Positions 8,055 to 18,077 of a stretch of DNA of 64,000 nucleotides are shown here, one piece after another. Numbering within the stretch: the stretch's first letter is position 1; every line of letters begins with the position of its first letter. Source of the DNA: an uncultured Actinomycetota bacterium (GTDB lineage Bacteria; Actinomycetota; Actinomycetes; Propionibacteriales; Nocardioidaceae); the NCBI GenBank assembly GCA_963780245.1, contig CAWABG010000001.1, positions 238,375 to 302,374 on the forward strand, read 5' to 3'. A program made the position numbers and the translations under genes. The notes under the pieces were generated by a model, which was not told the origin of the DNA, searched no databases, and worked only from the letters and a program-made list of their open reading frames with translations.

Positions 8055-10472
8055 GTGACCCCGACCCGCCCATGGAGCCGCGCTCGGGGTCACGGGCGGC
8101 TCCTTCGGGTGGGGTTCCTGGGCTTGCCCGCAACGGTCGCGGGCACCCTCGGCGAGGAGATCGCGGCCGAGCCCGTCGACCCACACGGGCTCGTCGGCTC
8201 GACGTACGACGTGGTCGTGTGCGGCACCGCGGGCGCCGACTTCACCGTGGCGTCGGCACTCCTACCCGAGACGACGGCCTTGGTCGTCCACACGACCCGC
8301 GTCGACCGGCTGCCCGACGCCTTGGGTCGGGCCGCCGCCGTGGTGGTCAGGAGTCTCGACGAGGCGGATCTACTGCGCCGCCGCCTGGGCGCGCCGGGGC
8401 CGGAGGTGGCAGCCCTGCCCCCGGCCATCGAGGTAGCCGGACGACCCCGTTCCGCGCTGGACGGAAGCCTGGTGGTCGCGGTCGGCCCGCTGACCAGCGA
8501 CGGGCGGCACGCGGACACGATCCGGGGCTTCGCGGAGGTGGCGGACCGGCTGCCCGGCTGGCGCCTGCGGATCGCTGGCGAGGGGGGTCGGCGCGGTGCC
8601 CTCCTGGGCGAGGCCCGACGCCACGGGCTCGCCGACCGGGTGGAGGTGGTCGAATCGGCGGACCCCCCAGCGGCTGCCTGGGCGGCGGCCGGCGTCGGTG
8701 TGGTGACGGCCCGACACGGCGGGCTCGCGATGGCAGCGGAAGCGATGGCGGCGGGTGTTCCCGTCGTCGCCTATGACAGCCTCGGCGGGCCGCGGGACCT
8801 GCTCGCCGGCGGCAGCGCCGGCGTACTGGTTCCGCCGGGGGACTTCCGGGCGCTCGGCGCCGCGCTGCTCCGGCTGGCTGATGACCCGGCCAGGGCCGAG
8901 CTCGGCGCGGAGGCGATGCGCGCGGCCCGGGTGGTCGATCCGGCGACCGTGGGCGGCGCCTGGACCGGGCTCCTCACCCGATTGGCGGACCCGGACCCGC
9001 GGCCCCAGGCCGCGGTCACGGTCCGCGAGCCGGCCCCGGCGCTCACCCCCTCCGACGCCCGCGCCGAGATCCTTACCTGGGTGGTCCGGGCGGCGGCCGG
9101 TGCGAGTGATTTCTGGTGGGTGATCCCGACCCCCCACGGCGGTGATCCCGTGGTGGCGCTGCCCTGGTCGGCGCGAGCCCGCTTCCTCGAAGTGCTGAGC
9201 GCGGACGCCGGGCCGGCGTACGCCTATCTGGGCCTACCCGAGATCGGTGGCCGCCCCTCGCGTGCCGGTCCCGTCGCCGAGCTACTGGACCTGCTGAGCC
9301 GTGGTGCCGATCCGGTGCTCGGCCTCGCCCCCGCGCCGGGATCCGCCGGAGAGCCGCACCACCTGTCGGCAGGCGCCGGCGTCGACGTCGAGTTCTGGAC
9401 CGAGGCCGACGGGTTGTTGTACGCGCCGCGGGCCAACGTCTTCGGCCGCCGCGTGGACCCGGCCCACCGGACGACCACCGCCGTGGTCGCGGGAGTCGAG
9501 GTGCGCACCCTCCCGCTGCTGACCAGGCCGAACGTGCACGAGTGTCGGTTCCCGGTCGACGTCGTCTACACCTGGGTGGACGGCGCCGACCCGGTCTGGA
9601 TGGAGGCTCGGGACCTGCGACTCGGCGACGCCGCCCAGCCGCATGCTCCCGAGGCCGCCGGCGACGCCAGGTACCGCGCGCGCGACGAGCTCCGCTATTC
9701 GATGCGCAGCGTCCACCTCTTCGCGCCCTGGGTGCGCACGATCCATCTGGTCACCGACGGGCAGCGCCCCGAATGGCTGGCCGACGATCCCCGGGTGCAC
9801 GTCGTCGACCACCGCGAGATCCTGCCCGGGGACGTGCTGCCGACGTTCAACTCCCACGCCATCGAGACCGGGCTCCACCGGGTGCCGGGGCTCGCGGAGC
9901 ACTTCATCTACCTCAACGACGACGTGCTGCTGGGACGTCCCCTGCCGCCGACCGCCTTCTTCACCCCCGCGGGGCTTCCGCTCGTCTTCCCCGACGTCTG
10001 GCCGATCGGGATCGAGGACCGGCCCGAGCGCCCCGACCTGATGGCCGGAGCCAACAACCGGCTCCTGCTCGAGCGGGACTACGACGTCACGATCACCCTC
10101 ACGCTGGCGCACGCTCCCTATTCGCATCGCGTGTCGCTCCTGGCCGAGATGGCGGCGCGATACGCCGCGGAGCTGGCCGGCACCGCCGCGACGCCGTTCC
10201 GGTCGGCCGCCGACGTGTCGGCGCTGTCGTCGCTGGCCCAGCACCTCGGGCTGATCACCGGCCGCGCCGTCGTCGGCGCGCACGAGAGCCGCCTGGTCAA
10301 TCTCGCCTCGGCCCGCCTGCCCCGGCAGCTCCGCGGGCTGCGCGAGCGCGACCAGGACTCGTTCTGCCTCGCCGACCACCATGACTACGCGCTCTCCGAG
10401 GACCAGGTCGCGGCACGGCTCGGCGACTTCCTCGACGCCTACTACCCGGTGGCCGCGCCGTGGGAGCGATGA
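8055..10472 (+). CDS. GT4-like domain fused to Stealth-family sugar-1-phosphate transferase
   Basis: N-terminal EAMAAGVPVVAYD; C-terminal Stealth motifs FPVDVVYTWVDG, DELRYSMRSVHLFAPWVRTIHLVT, FNSHAIE, HFIYLNDD. Confidence 0.85.
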   Translation: MTPTRPWSRARGHGRLLRVGFLGLPATVAGTLGEEIAAEPVDPHGLVGSTYDVVVCGTAGADFTVASALLPETTALVVHTTRVDRLPDALGRAAAVVVRSLDEADLLRRRLGAPGPEVAALPPAIEVAGRPRSALDGSLVVAVGPLTSDGRHADTIRGFAEVADRLPGWRLRIAGEGGRRGALLGEARRHGLADRVEVVESADPPAAAWAAAGVGVVTARHGGLAMAAEAMAAGVPVVAYDSLGGPRDLLAGGSAGVLVPPGDFRALGAALLRLADDPARAELGAEAMRAARVVDPATVGGAWTGLLTRLADPDPRPQAAVTVREPAPALTPSDARAEILTWVVRAAAGASDFWWVIPTPHGGDPVVALPWSARARFLEVLSADAGPAYAYLGLPEIGGRPSRAGPVAELLDLLSRGADPVLGLAPAPGSAGEPHHLSAGAGVDVEFWTEADGLLYAPRANVFGRRVDPAHRTTTAVVAGVEVRTLPLLTRPNVHECRFPVDVVYTWVDGADPVWMEARDLRLGDAAQPHAPEAAGDARYRARDELRYSMRSVHLFAPWVRTIHLVTDGQRPEWLADDPRVHVVDHREILPGDVLPTFNSHAIETGLHRVPGLAEHFIYLNDDVLLGRPLPPTAFFTPAGLPLVFPDVWPIGIEDRPERPDLMAGANNRLLLERDYDVTITLTLAHAPYSHRVSLLAEMAARYAAELAGTAATPFRSAADVSALSSLAQHLGLITGRAVVGAHESRLVNLASARLPRQLRGLRERDQDSFCLADHHDYALSEDQVAARLGDFLDAYYPVAAPWER

Positions 10473-13375
10473 CCGGCGTGATGCGGTCCGTGGCCCGGAG
10501 GCTTCCGGACCGCTTGCGGGAGCGGGCGCGCCGGGTGCTCCGCCCGGTGGCTTCGGTCCCGGTGACGATCATCGTGGTCGTCGAGCCGGGGGACGAGGGC
10601 CGGGTCGACGAATGCCTCCGCTCGGTACGCGAGCAGAGCCGACCCGCCGCCGAGGTGCTGGTTGCACCAGTCGGCGACACCGCCCGCTCCTGGCAGGCCG
10701 CTGCGAACGACGCGGCAGACCGGGCCGGTGCGGATCTCCTGTGGTTCGTCCGCGGCTGCGATCGGCTGCCGTCGTACGCCGTCGAGGTGCTCTCCGGACC
10801 GCTGGCCCGTTCGGGGTCGGACCTCGCCACCGGGGTGCTCGGACAGGCCGGCCGGCCCGACTCGTGGCTGGAGCGGGCTCAGCGGCTGGCCCACGCCGAC
10901 CCGGGGAGCGGTGTCGACGCGGGGGACAGGCCCCGGGTTGCCGGCGATCTGGCGATCAGCAACCACGTGTTCCGGACCGATCGGTGGCGGGCCGGCGGTC
11001 ACCGGTTCGACGAGTCCGACACCTGGCTGGAGTCGCCCACGGTGGCCGCAGTGCTCCGGAATGCCTCGCGGATCGACGTCGTGGACCGGATCGTCTGCGC
11101 GCACGCGCCCGACCACGGGCGACGTCCGTTCGGCGCGATGCCCAGTCCGCTGCCCGATCTTGCTGCCTGGGTCCGGCGCCGTCGCCTACTGGGGGAATCG
11201 CAGGCCCGGCTGCTGAGCGACGCCGACGTCGGGTTGCCCCGGTTCCTCGTCGACGCGGAGCGGGCCACGGCGCAGGAGTGGGAGCAGCTGGTCGCGCTGG
11301 CGAGGCAGGTCCTCGATCCCGGCCTGCCTCCCTCGACCGGCCCACGGGGCGCCTCGTTGGTGTGGCTGGCGGCAGCTGGCCGGCGGGCTGATGTCGAGAC
11401 GCTCGCCGCCGAGCTCGACGAGCTGGGCGACGACCTGCGCGCCCATCCTGACGGCGAGGACCTGGTGGCCGACTGGCGGAGTGTCGACGTGCCCGGCGAC
11501 ATCCGGCGGATCCCGCCGGCGGAGACGGCTCTGGTGGCCGACGTACGCCGGGTCCGGAGCCAGGAGACTGGCATCGCCGCCGACCTGTTCCTGCGCGTCC
11601 CGCACCTCGACCTGGCGACGGCCGACCACGAGATCGGCGCCGTGCTTCCCGACGGCACGCCCGTCGAGGTGACGCCGCACCCCGACACCACCGCCAACCG
11701 CTGGGCGGCCGATCGTTTCGCATCGGCCGCCGAGGGGGCCTGCCGGCTCGCGCTGCCGGCGCCGGGTGAGGTGATCGTCCGGCTGTCGTCCGGCCCGCTG
11801 GTCCGCGAGGCCACTGTGTCGATCGGCGCTCCGTCCACCGAGGACGATCCGGTGGCCGTCGTGCTCGACGACGTACGGCTCGAGGACGACGCCCTCGTGC
11901 TGGCCGGACGCGGCGCCCTGGACGGGATGCGCCTGGTCGGCCCGCGCACCGACCTCGAGGCCCGGCCCGACAGCGGGGCCGGCGCCCGGATCCCGCTGGC
12001 CAGGGACCGGTTCGGTCGTGCGGTGGGGCTCGCCACCGCGCCCTACCGGCTCACCGCCCCGGGCGGCGTCGGCTTCGGCGCTGCGCTCCGGCAGCGGCTG
12101 CCGCTCGAACTGCCGGGCTCGCGACACCGGGTCCAGGTGACGCGTTCCGACGACGGCGAGCCGCTGCTGCTGGTCGGGCCGCCGTTCGCCGACGACGAGA
12201 TCGGTCCGTATGCCCAGCAACGGCTGCGCGACGAGTACGCCGCGTGGGCCGGGGGCGGGCTCCGGGTCACGGCCGGGCTGTTCTACTTCGAGAGCTTCGC
12301 CGGAGGCTCCGCGACCGACAGCCCGCTCGCGATCTGCGCCGAGCTTCGCCGTCGGCGCCCGGAGGCGACTGTTCTGTGGGGCGTCGTCGGCAGCGGCGAG
12401 ACCGTGCCTGACGGGGTGACGCCGGTGCTGGTGCGGAGTCGGGAGTGGTACCGCACCCTGGCCACCGCCGAGCTGCTGGTGACCAGCACCGAGCTGGAGG
12501 AGTGGTTCCTCACCCGCCCCGACCAGCTGGTCGTGCAGACCTTCCACGGCTACCCCTCCAAGGCGATGGGTGAGCTGCAGTGGCGGGCCTGGGAGCTCCC
12601 GCCCCGGCGGATCCGCGCGATGCGCCGTCGGGGCGTCGACACCTGGGACCTGATCCTCACCCCCACGCCCGAGATGACCCGGCACTACCGCGAGCAGTAC
12701 GCGTACACCGGCCCGGTGGCCGAGCACGGCTACCCGCGCGACGACGCGCTCACCGCTGCGGACGCAGACCGGCAGCGCGCCGCGACCAGGACCCTGCTCG
12801 GGATCCGCGCCGACCAGACCGCCGTCCTGTACGCCCCCACGTGGCGCGACGACCTCGCGACCCGGCCACGCCGCGCCGGGATGGCCGACCACCTCGACCT
12901 CCCGCACGTGGCCGAGGTACTCGGTGACTCCCACGTGCTGCTGGTGCGCGGTCACCGGTTCCACACGCCGCCCGCCCACGAGGTCGCCGTTGGTGCCGCC
13001 CGGGTCATCGACGTCACCGATCACCCCGAGATCAACGACCTGATCCTCGCCTCCGACGTCGCGGTCCTCGACTACTCCTCCCTGCGCTTCGACGTCGCGA
13101 TCACCGGCAAGCCGATGGTGTTCCTGGTGCCGGACATCGACGACTACGCCGGTGGTGTGCGCGGGTTCCTGTTCCCGTTCACCGAGTCCGCTCCGGGTCC
13201 GCTGGTGCGCGAGTCCGACGAGGTCGTGGAGCAGGTGCGCGACGTCGCCGCGCTCGCCGCGCGGTGGTCGGCCGAGCTGGCCGCGTTCAACGCGACGTAC
13301 AACCCGTGGCAGGACGGCCGCGCCGCCGGGCGGGTCACCGACCAGATCTTGGACCTACTGGGGGCGGGTGACTGA
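10469..13375 (+). CDS. CDP-glycerol/ribitol:poly(polyol-phosphate) phosphotransferase (TagF-like) with degenerate GT2 N-terminus
   Basis: FYFESFAG, QTFHGYPSK, GYPRDDAL, LYAPTWRD, VRGH, DYSSLRFD; ATGA overlap with the Stealth gene. Confidence 0.88.
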   Translation: MTGVMRSVARRLPDRLRERARRVLRPVASVPVTIIVVVEPGDEGRVDECLRSVREQSRPAAEVLVAPVGDTARSWQAAANDAADRAGADLLWFVRGCDRLPSYAVEVLSGPLARSGSDLATGVLGQAGRPDSWLERAQRLAHADPGSGVDAGDRPRVAGDLAISNHVFRTDRWRAGGHRFDESDTWLESPTVAAVLRNASRIDVVDRIVCAHAPDHGRRPFGAMPSPLPDLAAWVRRRRLLGESQARLLSDADVGLPRFLVDAERATAQEWEQLVALARQVLDPGLPPSTGPRGASLVWLAAAGRRADVETLAAELDELGDDLRAHPDGEDLVADWRSVDVPGDIRRIPPAETALVADVRRVRSQETGIAADLFLRVPHLDLATADHEIGAVLPDGTPVEVTPHPDTTANRWAADRFASAAEGACRLALPAPGEVIVRLSSGPLVREATVSIGAPSTEDDPVAVVLDDVRLEDDALVLAGRGALDGMRLVGPRTDLEARPDSGAGARIPLARDRFGRAVGLATAPYRLTAPGGVGFGAALRQRLPLELPGSRHRVQVTRSDDGEPLLLVGPPFADDEIGPYAQQRLRDEYAAWAGGGLRVTAGLFYFESFAGGSATDSPLAICAELRRRRPEATVLWGVVGSGETVPDGVTPVLVRSREWYRTLATAELLVTSTELEEWFLTRPDQLVVQTFHGYPSKAMGELQWRAWELPPRRIRAMRRRGVDTWDLILTPTPEMTRHYREQYAYTGPVAEHGYPRDDALTAADADRQRAATRTLLGIRADQTAVLYAPTWRDDLATRPRRAGMADHLDLPHVAEVLGDSHVLLVRGHRFHTPPAHEVAVGAARVIDVTDHPEINDLILASDVAVLDYSSLRFDVAITGKPMVFLVPDIDDYAGGVRGFLFPFTESAPGPLVRESDEVVEQVRDVAALAARWSAELAAFNATYNPWQDGRAAGRVTDQILDLLGAGD

Positions 13376-13403
13376 ACGAGCGCGACCGGTAGCGTTTCCC
13401 CAC

Positions 13404-14414
13404 GTGAAGCGGCTCTTACTCGTCACCGGCTCCGGGCGCAGCGGCACCAGCAGCATCGCGGGCACCCTGAAGAGGCTGGGGCTGCACGTCCCCCAGCCCG
13501 AGGTGCCGGCCGACGAGCGCAACCCGCGCGGCTACTACGAGCCGCAGTGGATCGCTGACTTCCACAAGGAGTGGCTCGACGGGATCTCGGTGCGGACCAT
13601 TGACACCCGCCCCCACGCGGGCGAGGTGGCGATGGCCACGGTCACCCCAGAGCGTGAGGAGACCTTGCGGGCCTGGCTCGCCGACGAGCTCGCGGCCCGC
13701 CCGCGTGACGACGTGGTCGTGATCAAGGAGACCCGGGCCTATTGGGTCTACCCGCTGTGGCAGCGGGTGGCCCCCGCGACCGGAGCCGAGCTGGCCAGCC
13801 TGACCATGCTGCGGCACCCCACACAGGTGGTGCGCTCGCGGGACTCGGCGTACCTGACGGGTCGCAGTGACGAGCTACGGCTCGAGCGGGAGACCGCGAA
13901 CGTTGCGGCGTGGATGAACTCCGTCTTCGTGACCGAGCGAGCCACCCGGGACAATCCGCGCGCGTTCGTGCCCTACTACGACCTGGTGGAGAGCTGGCGG
14001 TCCGCGATCAGCCGCGCGTGCAAGCAGCTCGGCATCGACCCTGGCGGCCTCGGCGCGCCGCATCCGGTCGACGAGTTCATCACCCCGTCCCTGAACCGGT
14101 CGTCCGACGCCTGGGACGGGCTCAGGGTTCCTGACTCGCTCCGGGAGCTGGCCGAGAGGACCTGGACGGCGGCGGGCGATCTCGTGACGACGCCGTACGA
14201 CGCTGCTGCGATGGCCGAGCTCGACCGGCTGCAGGCGGCGTACGCCGACCTCTACACCGCCTCGGCCGCGATCGCCTCCGACGAGACTGCGGCGCTGGTG
14301 CTGGCCGAGCGGAACAAGCTGCAGGACCGGTTGGACACGAAGAACGAGCGGATCAAGGTCTTGCGAGGGAAGGTCCAACGGCTGCGTCAGGCCGGTGCTG
14401 CCGACAAGCCTTGA
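13404..14414 (+). CDS. sulfotransferase-family protein with C-terminal coiled coil
   Basis: LLVTGSGRSGTS PSB-like loop, NPRGYYE, VIKETR, MLRHPTQVVRS; -10 TAGCGT upstream of GTG. Confidence 0.8.
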   Translation: MKRLLLVTGSGRSGTSSIAGTLKRLGLHVPQPEVPADERNPRGYYEPQWIADFHKEWLDGISVRTIDTRPHAGEVAMATVTPEREETLRAWLADELAARPRDDVVVIKETRAYWVYPLWQRVAPATGAELASLTMLRHPTQVVRSRDSAYLTGRSDELRLERETANVAAWMNSVFVTERATRDNPRAFVPYYDLVESWRSAISRACKQLGIDPGGLGAPHPVDEFITPSLNRSSDAWDGLRVPDSLRELAERTWTAAGDLVTTPYDAAAMAELDRLQAAYADLYTASAAIASDETAALVLAERNKLQDRLDTKNERIKVLRGKVQRLRQAGAADKP

Positions 14415-14437
14415 CGTCCAGCGACCAGCGCTGACCG

Positions 14438-17400
14438 TCAGCCCGCGGGCGCGTCCCCCCGCGGCACGAACACCGCGTCGACCAGTCGCGCCGCGGCGTG
14501 GCCGTCGTCCAGGTCGGTGTACTCCTTGCGGAATCGGGCCCGCGCGTCGGCGTACTCGGCGGCCACCTCGCCCAGGCGGCCGACGTGTCGGACCACGTCG
14601 CGGGTCGTGGCGACGTGGGGGCCGGGAGCGGTCGGCGCGTAGTCGATCACGCCACCGCGGGCCGCGTCGTACTTCTCCAGGTCCGGCACCAGGAAGATCA
14701 TCGGCTTGTCCGTGAGGGCGTAGTCGAAGCGCAGCGAGGAGTAGTCGAGGACCGCGACGTCGGAGGCGAGGATGAGGTCGTTGACGTCGGGGTGGTCGGT
14801 GACGTCGATGACCTTCGAGTCGCTGAGCAGCCGGTCCTCAGCGCGCGCGTTGAAGGCGTGGCCGCGGACCAGGATGACGACGTCGTCACCTAGCAGACGC
14901 GATGCCTCTCCGGCGTCGAAGAAGTCGACGCGCTGGGCGGCCAGATCGTCGGCGGACAGGTAGTCCCGGAACGTGGGCGCGTACATCACCGCCGTCTGGC
15001 CGGGACGGATCCCGAGCATCTCGCGGGTCGCCTCGCGGATCTCGCCGGCTCGCGCGGAGCGGAGCACGTCGTTGCGCGGGTAGCCGATCTCCAGGATCTC
15101 GGGCTCCGCGCCGGCCGGGTCGAGGAAGGCGGCCTTCAACAGGGGCGTGGCGTACGTCGCGGGCGAGACGAAGTAGTCCCAGTCGCGCGCCCGGCGGTCA
15201 TAGTTCTTGATCTGGCTGCCGCTGAAGTCGCCCTTGCGCCACCACTCGTGGCCCATCACCTTGTAGGGGTAGCCGTGCATCGTCTCGATCAGCACCTGCC
15301 CGGGAGGTTTGCTGAACCAGTAGAGCTGGTGGACGTTCACCATGTGGTACCGGGCGCCGAACACGATCTCGTGCCAGGTCTTCGTGCCCTCGATCAGCGG
15401 CACCGCGCCCTCGGGCAGCGGGATGCTGTGGTCGTTCACCGACCAGTACAGGGGGAGGGCGACGCCACGGCGGCGCAGCTCCTCGTGCACGCCGAGGCCG
15501 TTGCAGTTGGCGGCCTCGCCATAGAGCGCCCGGAAGAAGACGGCATCGCGGTCGGCGGCCTCGACCTTGGTCTCCTCGCGGAGCCGGCGCTGGTTTCGCT
15601 CGCCGCGCTCGTCATCGGCCAGCGGCGGCTGCAGGTTGAAGGCGAGCGTGACCGGTTCGTTGACGAAGACCTCCGCCGTCACCCGGTAGCGGGCGGTGAG
15701 CTGCTCATGGGAGAGCGTGGCGAGCAGCGCGGGGCTCGGCGTGACCGGCAGCTTCTGGTCGTCGCGCATCAGGGACACGGCGTACTTGCCCGAGCGGAGC
15801 CCGAGCCCGTCGTAGCCCCACTTGCTGCGGGTGAGCGGGAACACCAGCAGTCCCTCGTTGGCCTTGGCCGCTTCCACGTGGCCGACGATCTGGTCGGCGG
15901 GGGTGTGCAACACCGGCGTCCAGTGCTCCATCGGCGTCGCGCTGCGTACGCGTACGGCGAGGCGGTCGTCCTCGATCTCCACCTCGATGGCGACGGGCAA
16001 CCGATCGGACAGCTCGAGCTGCCCGGTCGGCGAGCAGCTGACCACCCGGCCGCTGTCGGCTCCGACCACGCCCGGGCTGGCCGGCACGGATGGAGGGGCC
16101 AGCACCGGCTCGACCTTGTCGCCGAGCGCCGCCCACACCTGGACCGGCACGTCTGCCGGTGTCCCGTCGCGCAGGGGCAGCCTGGCCTGCCACGCGTTGG
16201 GGCCCGTGCTGGTCGGGGTCACCGAGCCCAGCGCCTGTGGCCGCTCGCGGTGGCCAAGCGAGATATTGCGCACCGGCCCGGGTGAGACCAGGTCCACGAC
16301 CAGGTGCCCGGTGGCGTCGACGGCGACCGCCGTTGCGTGTGTGGGCGCCTGGGAGATGCGCAGCATCACCCGGTTGCGGCCCATCCTGATGGTGGACAGC
16401 CTGCCGCCCGCGTCGACGCGCGAGTGCGCGACGCCGGCGCCGCCGCCGTACGAGACCTCCTCGAGGGGGCCGTGCCTGGTGACATCCGCAGCGGTGAGGC
16501 TGACCTCGACGTACCAGCGGCCCTCCGTCGTGGGGACCCGTTCGGCCGGCAGAACGGCCTCGAACCCGCCAGGGGTGAAATCGCAGTACCAATGAGCGGT
16601 GAGCACGTCCACCCGGGGCTCGTGCACCTCCGTGACGTCGAAGGGGATGCGGGTGCCGTCCGGGCCAACCAGGGCCAGGCCGATCGAGGGCGGATGGATG
16701 GCCAGATCGATGAACCTGATGCAGGCCCAGCCGGCGATCTCCAGGGCGCCGTCGTCCCGCCACGACATCCGCATCGCCCGGCCGAGCAGCCGCAGCTGGC
16801 GGTCGGAGAGCACGGTCACGTCGTCCGGCAGCCCCTCACTCATCGGCAGGTGGGCGCGGAAGCCGGCGGGCGTGTGCTCGGTGGGGAAGCGGCGCATGTC
16901 GTGTCCGAAGTTCTCCAGGAACGTCGCTGCGTCGTCCTGGCGGCCGCTGATGATGAGCTCGTAGAGCACCTTGTCCTGCGCGGCGACCTCGCGGATGTAG
17001 CGCTCGCGCGGCAGGTTGCCGACCAGGTCGCCGATCGCTTCTCGCAGCAGCTCCCAGTACTCGTCGTCCGCGGTGATCAGGTGCCGCGTGAAGAACGGCA
17101 TGTTGTTGGCCAGGAGCTGCAGGGCCCGGGTCTCGGCCGCGTCGTCCAACCCCTCGTCGCGGATCGCCGCGAGCGAGTTGCGCACCGTCTCGTTGTGTGC
17201 GGCGAGGTTCTCCCTCGACCACGAGCGCTGTGAGATAGAGGACCGGTCGGTGCGGATCCGCCAGGAGACCCCGATCTCGGGCAGCACGTCGAAGGCGCTG
17301 GCCTTGGCGAACGCCGCCATGGACACGGGCTGGTCCTCGTAGAGCTTGCCTTCCGGGAACTCCAGGCCCGAGTCGTCCCAGAACGCGCGCCGGTAGGTCT

Positions 17401-18007
17401 TGCTCCAGGCGACCGCGTTGACCATGATCTCCGGGAACGTCCGCAGGGTCTCCGCGAGGCGTCGATCCAGGTGGGCCTTGCGGATCCACACGCCGGCCGG
17501 CGCCGAGCGACCCACCTCCATCCGGTCGTACAGGTTGACCGCGAAGTCGGAGCCGGACTCCTGGAGCGCACCGATCGCGCTGGTGTAGGCGTCCACGGCC
17601 ACCACGTCGTCGGAGTCGACGAACGTGAGGAACTCGCCACGGGCGTTGCGGACCCCGGTGTTGCGGGCCGCGCTCAGGCCGCCGTTCGGCCGGCGGACGA
17701 CGATGACCCGAAGGTCCCGGCGCCGGTGCGCCCGCGCGATATCGCCGCTGCGGTCGGGGCTCCCGTCGTCGACCACGATGATCTCGACCCGGCGGTAGTG
17801 CTGGAACCGCAGCGAAGTCAGGCACTCGTCGAGATAGTCCTCGACCTGGTACGCCGGCACCACGATGCTCAGCAGGCCCGGCACCTGGCCGCGCCGGTGC
17901 GTGATGCGCTGCGCGCGGATCGCCACGCCGATGCCGACTCGTCGCACCCGGCCGCCGAGGGATCGCACCAGCGGACGGAGGCGACCTGGCTGGGGCAAGC
18001 GGGACAT
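14438..18007 (-). CDS. bifunctional GT2 glycosyltransferase / TagF-like polyol-phosphate polymerase
   Basis: SIVVPAYQVEDYLDECL, VVDDGSPD, NGGLSAARNTG, FVDSDD; C-terminal ETMHGYPYK, GYPRNDVL, MYAPTFRD, DYSSLRFD; RBS GGAAGGA. Confidence 0.92.
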   Translation of the reverse strand: MSRLPQPGRLRPLVRSLGGRVRRVGIGVAIRAQRITHRRGQVPGLLSIVVPAYQVEDYLDECLTSLRFQHYRRVEIIVVDDGSPDRSGDIARAHRRRDLRVIVVRRPNGGLSAARNTGVRNARGEFLTFVDSDDVVAVDAYTSAIGALQESGSDFAVNLYDRMEVGRSAPAGVWIRKAHLDRRLAETLRTFPEIMVNAVAWSKTYRRAFWDDSGLEFPEGKLYEDQPVSMAAFAKASAFDVLPEIGVSWRIRTDRSSISQRSWSRENLAAHNETVRNSLAAIRDEGLDDAAETRALQLLANNMPFFTRHLITADDEYWELLREAIGDLVGNLPRERYIREVAAQDKVLYELIISGRQDDAATFLENFGHDMRRFPTEHTPAGFRAHLPMSEGLPDDVTVLSDRQLRLLGRAMRMSWRDDGALEIAGWACIRFIDLAIHPPSIGLALVGPDGTRIPFDVTEVHEPRVDVLTAHWYCDFTPGGFEAVLPAERVPTTEGRWYVEVSLTAADVTRHGPLEEVSYGGGAGVAHSRVDAGGRLSTIRMGRNRVMLRISQAPTHATAVAVDATGHLVVDLVSPGPVRNISLGHRERPQALGSVTPTSTGPNAWQARLPLRDGTPADVPVQVWAALGDKVEPVLAPPSVPASPGVVGADSGRVVSCSPTGQLELSDRLPVAIEVEIEDDRLAVRVRSATPMEHWTPVLHTPADQIVGHVEAAKANEGLLVFPLTRSKWGYDGLGLRSGKYAVSLMRDDQKLPVTPSPALLATLSHEQLTARYRVTAEVFVNEPVTLAFNLQPPLADDERGERNQRRLREETKVEAADRDAVFFRALYGEAANCNGLGVHEELRRRGVALPLYWSVNDHSIPLPEGAVPLIEGTKTWHEIVFGARYHMVNVHQLYWFSKPPGQVLIETMHGYPYKVMGHEWWRKGDFSGSQIKNYDRRARDWDYFVSPATYATPLLKAAFLDPAGAEPEILEIGYPRNDVLRSARAGEIREATREMLGIRPGQTAVMYAPTFRDYLSADDLAAQRVDFFDAGEASRLLGDDVVILVRGHAFNARAEDRLLSDSKVIDVTDHPDVNDLILASDVAVLDYSSLRFDYALTDKPMIFLVPDLEKYDAARGGVIDYAPTAPGPHVATTRDVVRHVGRLGEVAAEYADARARFRKEYTDLDDGHAAARLVDAVFVPRGDAPAG

Positions 18008-18077
18008 GGGTTCCTTCCTACGGGCGACCCGCATGATACGAGCCGCCGTCCGCCCGAAGCGAACTCGCCGGACGCGC

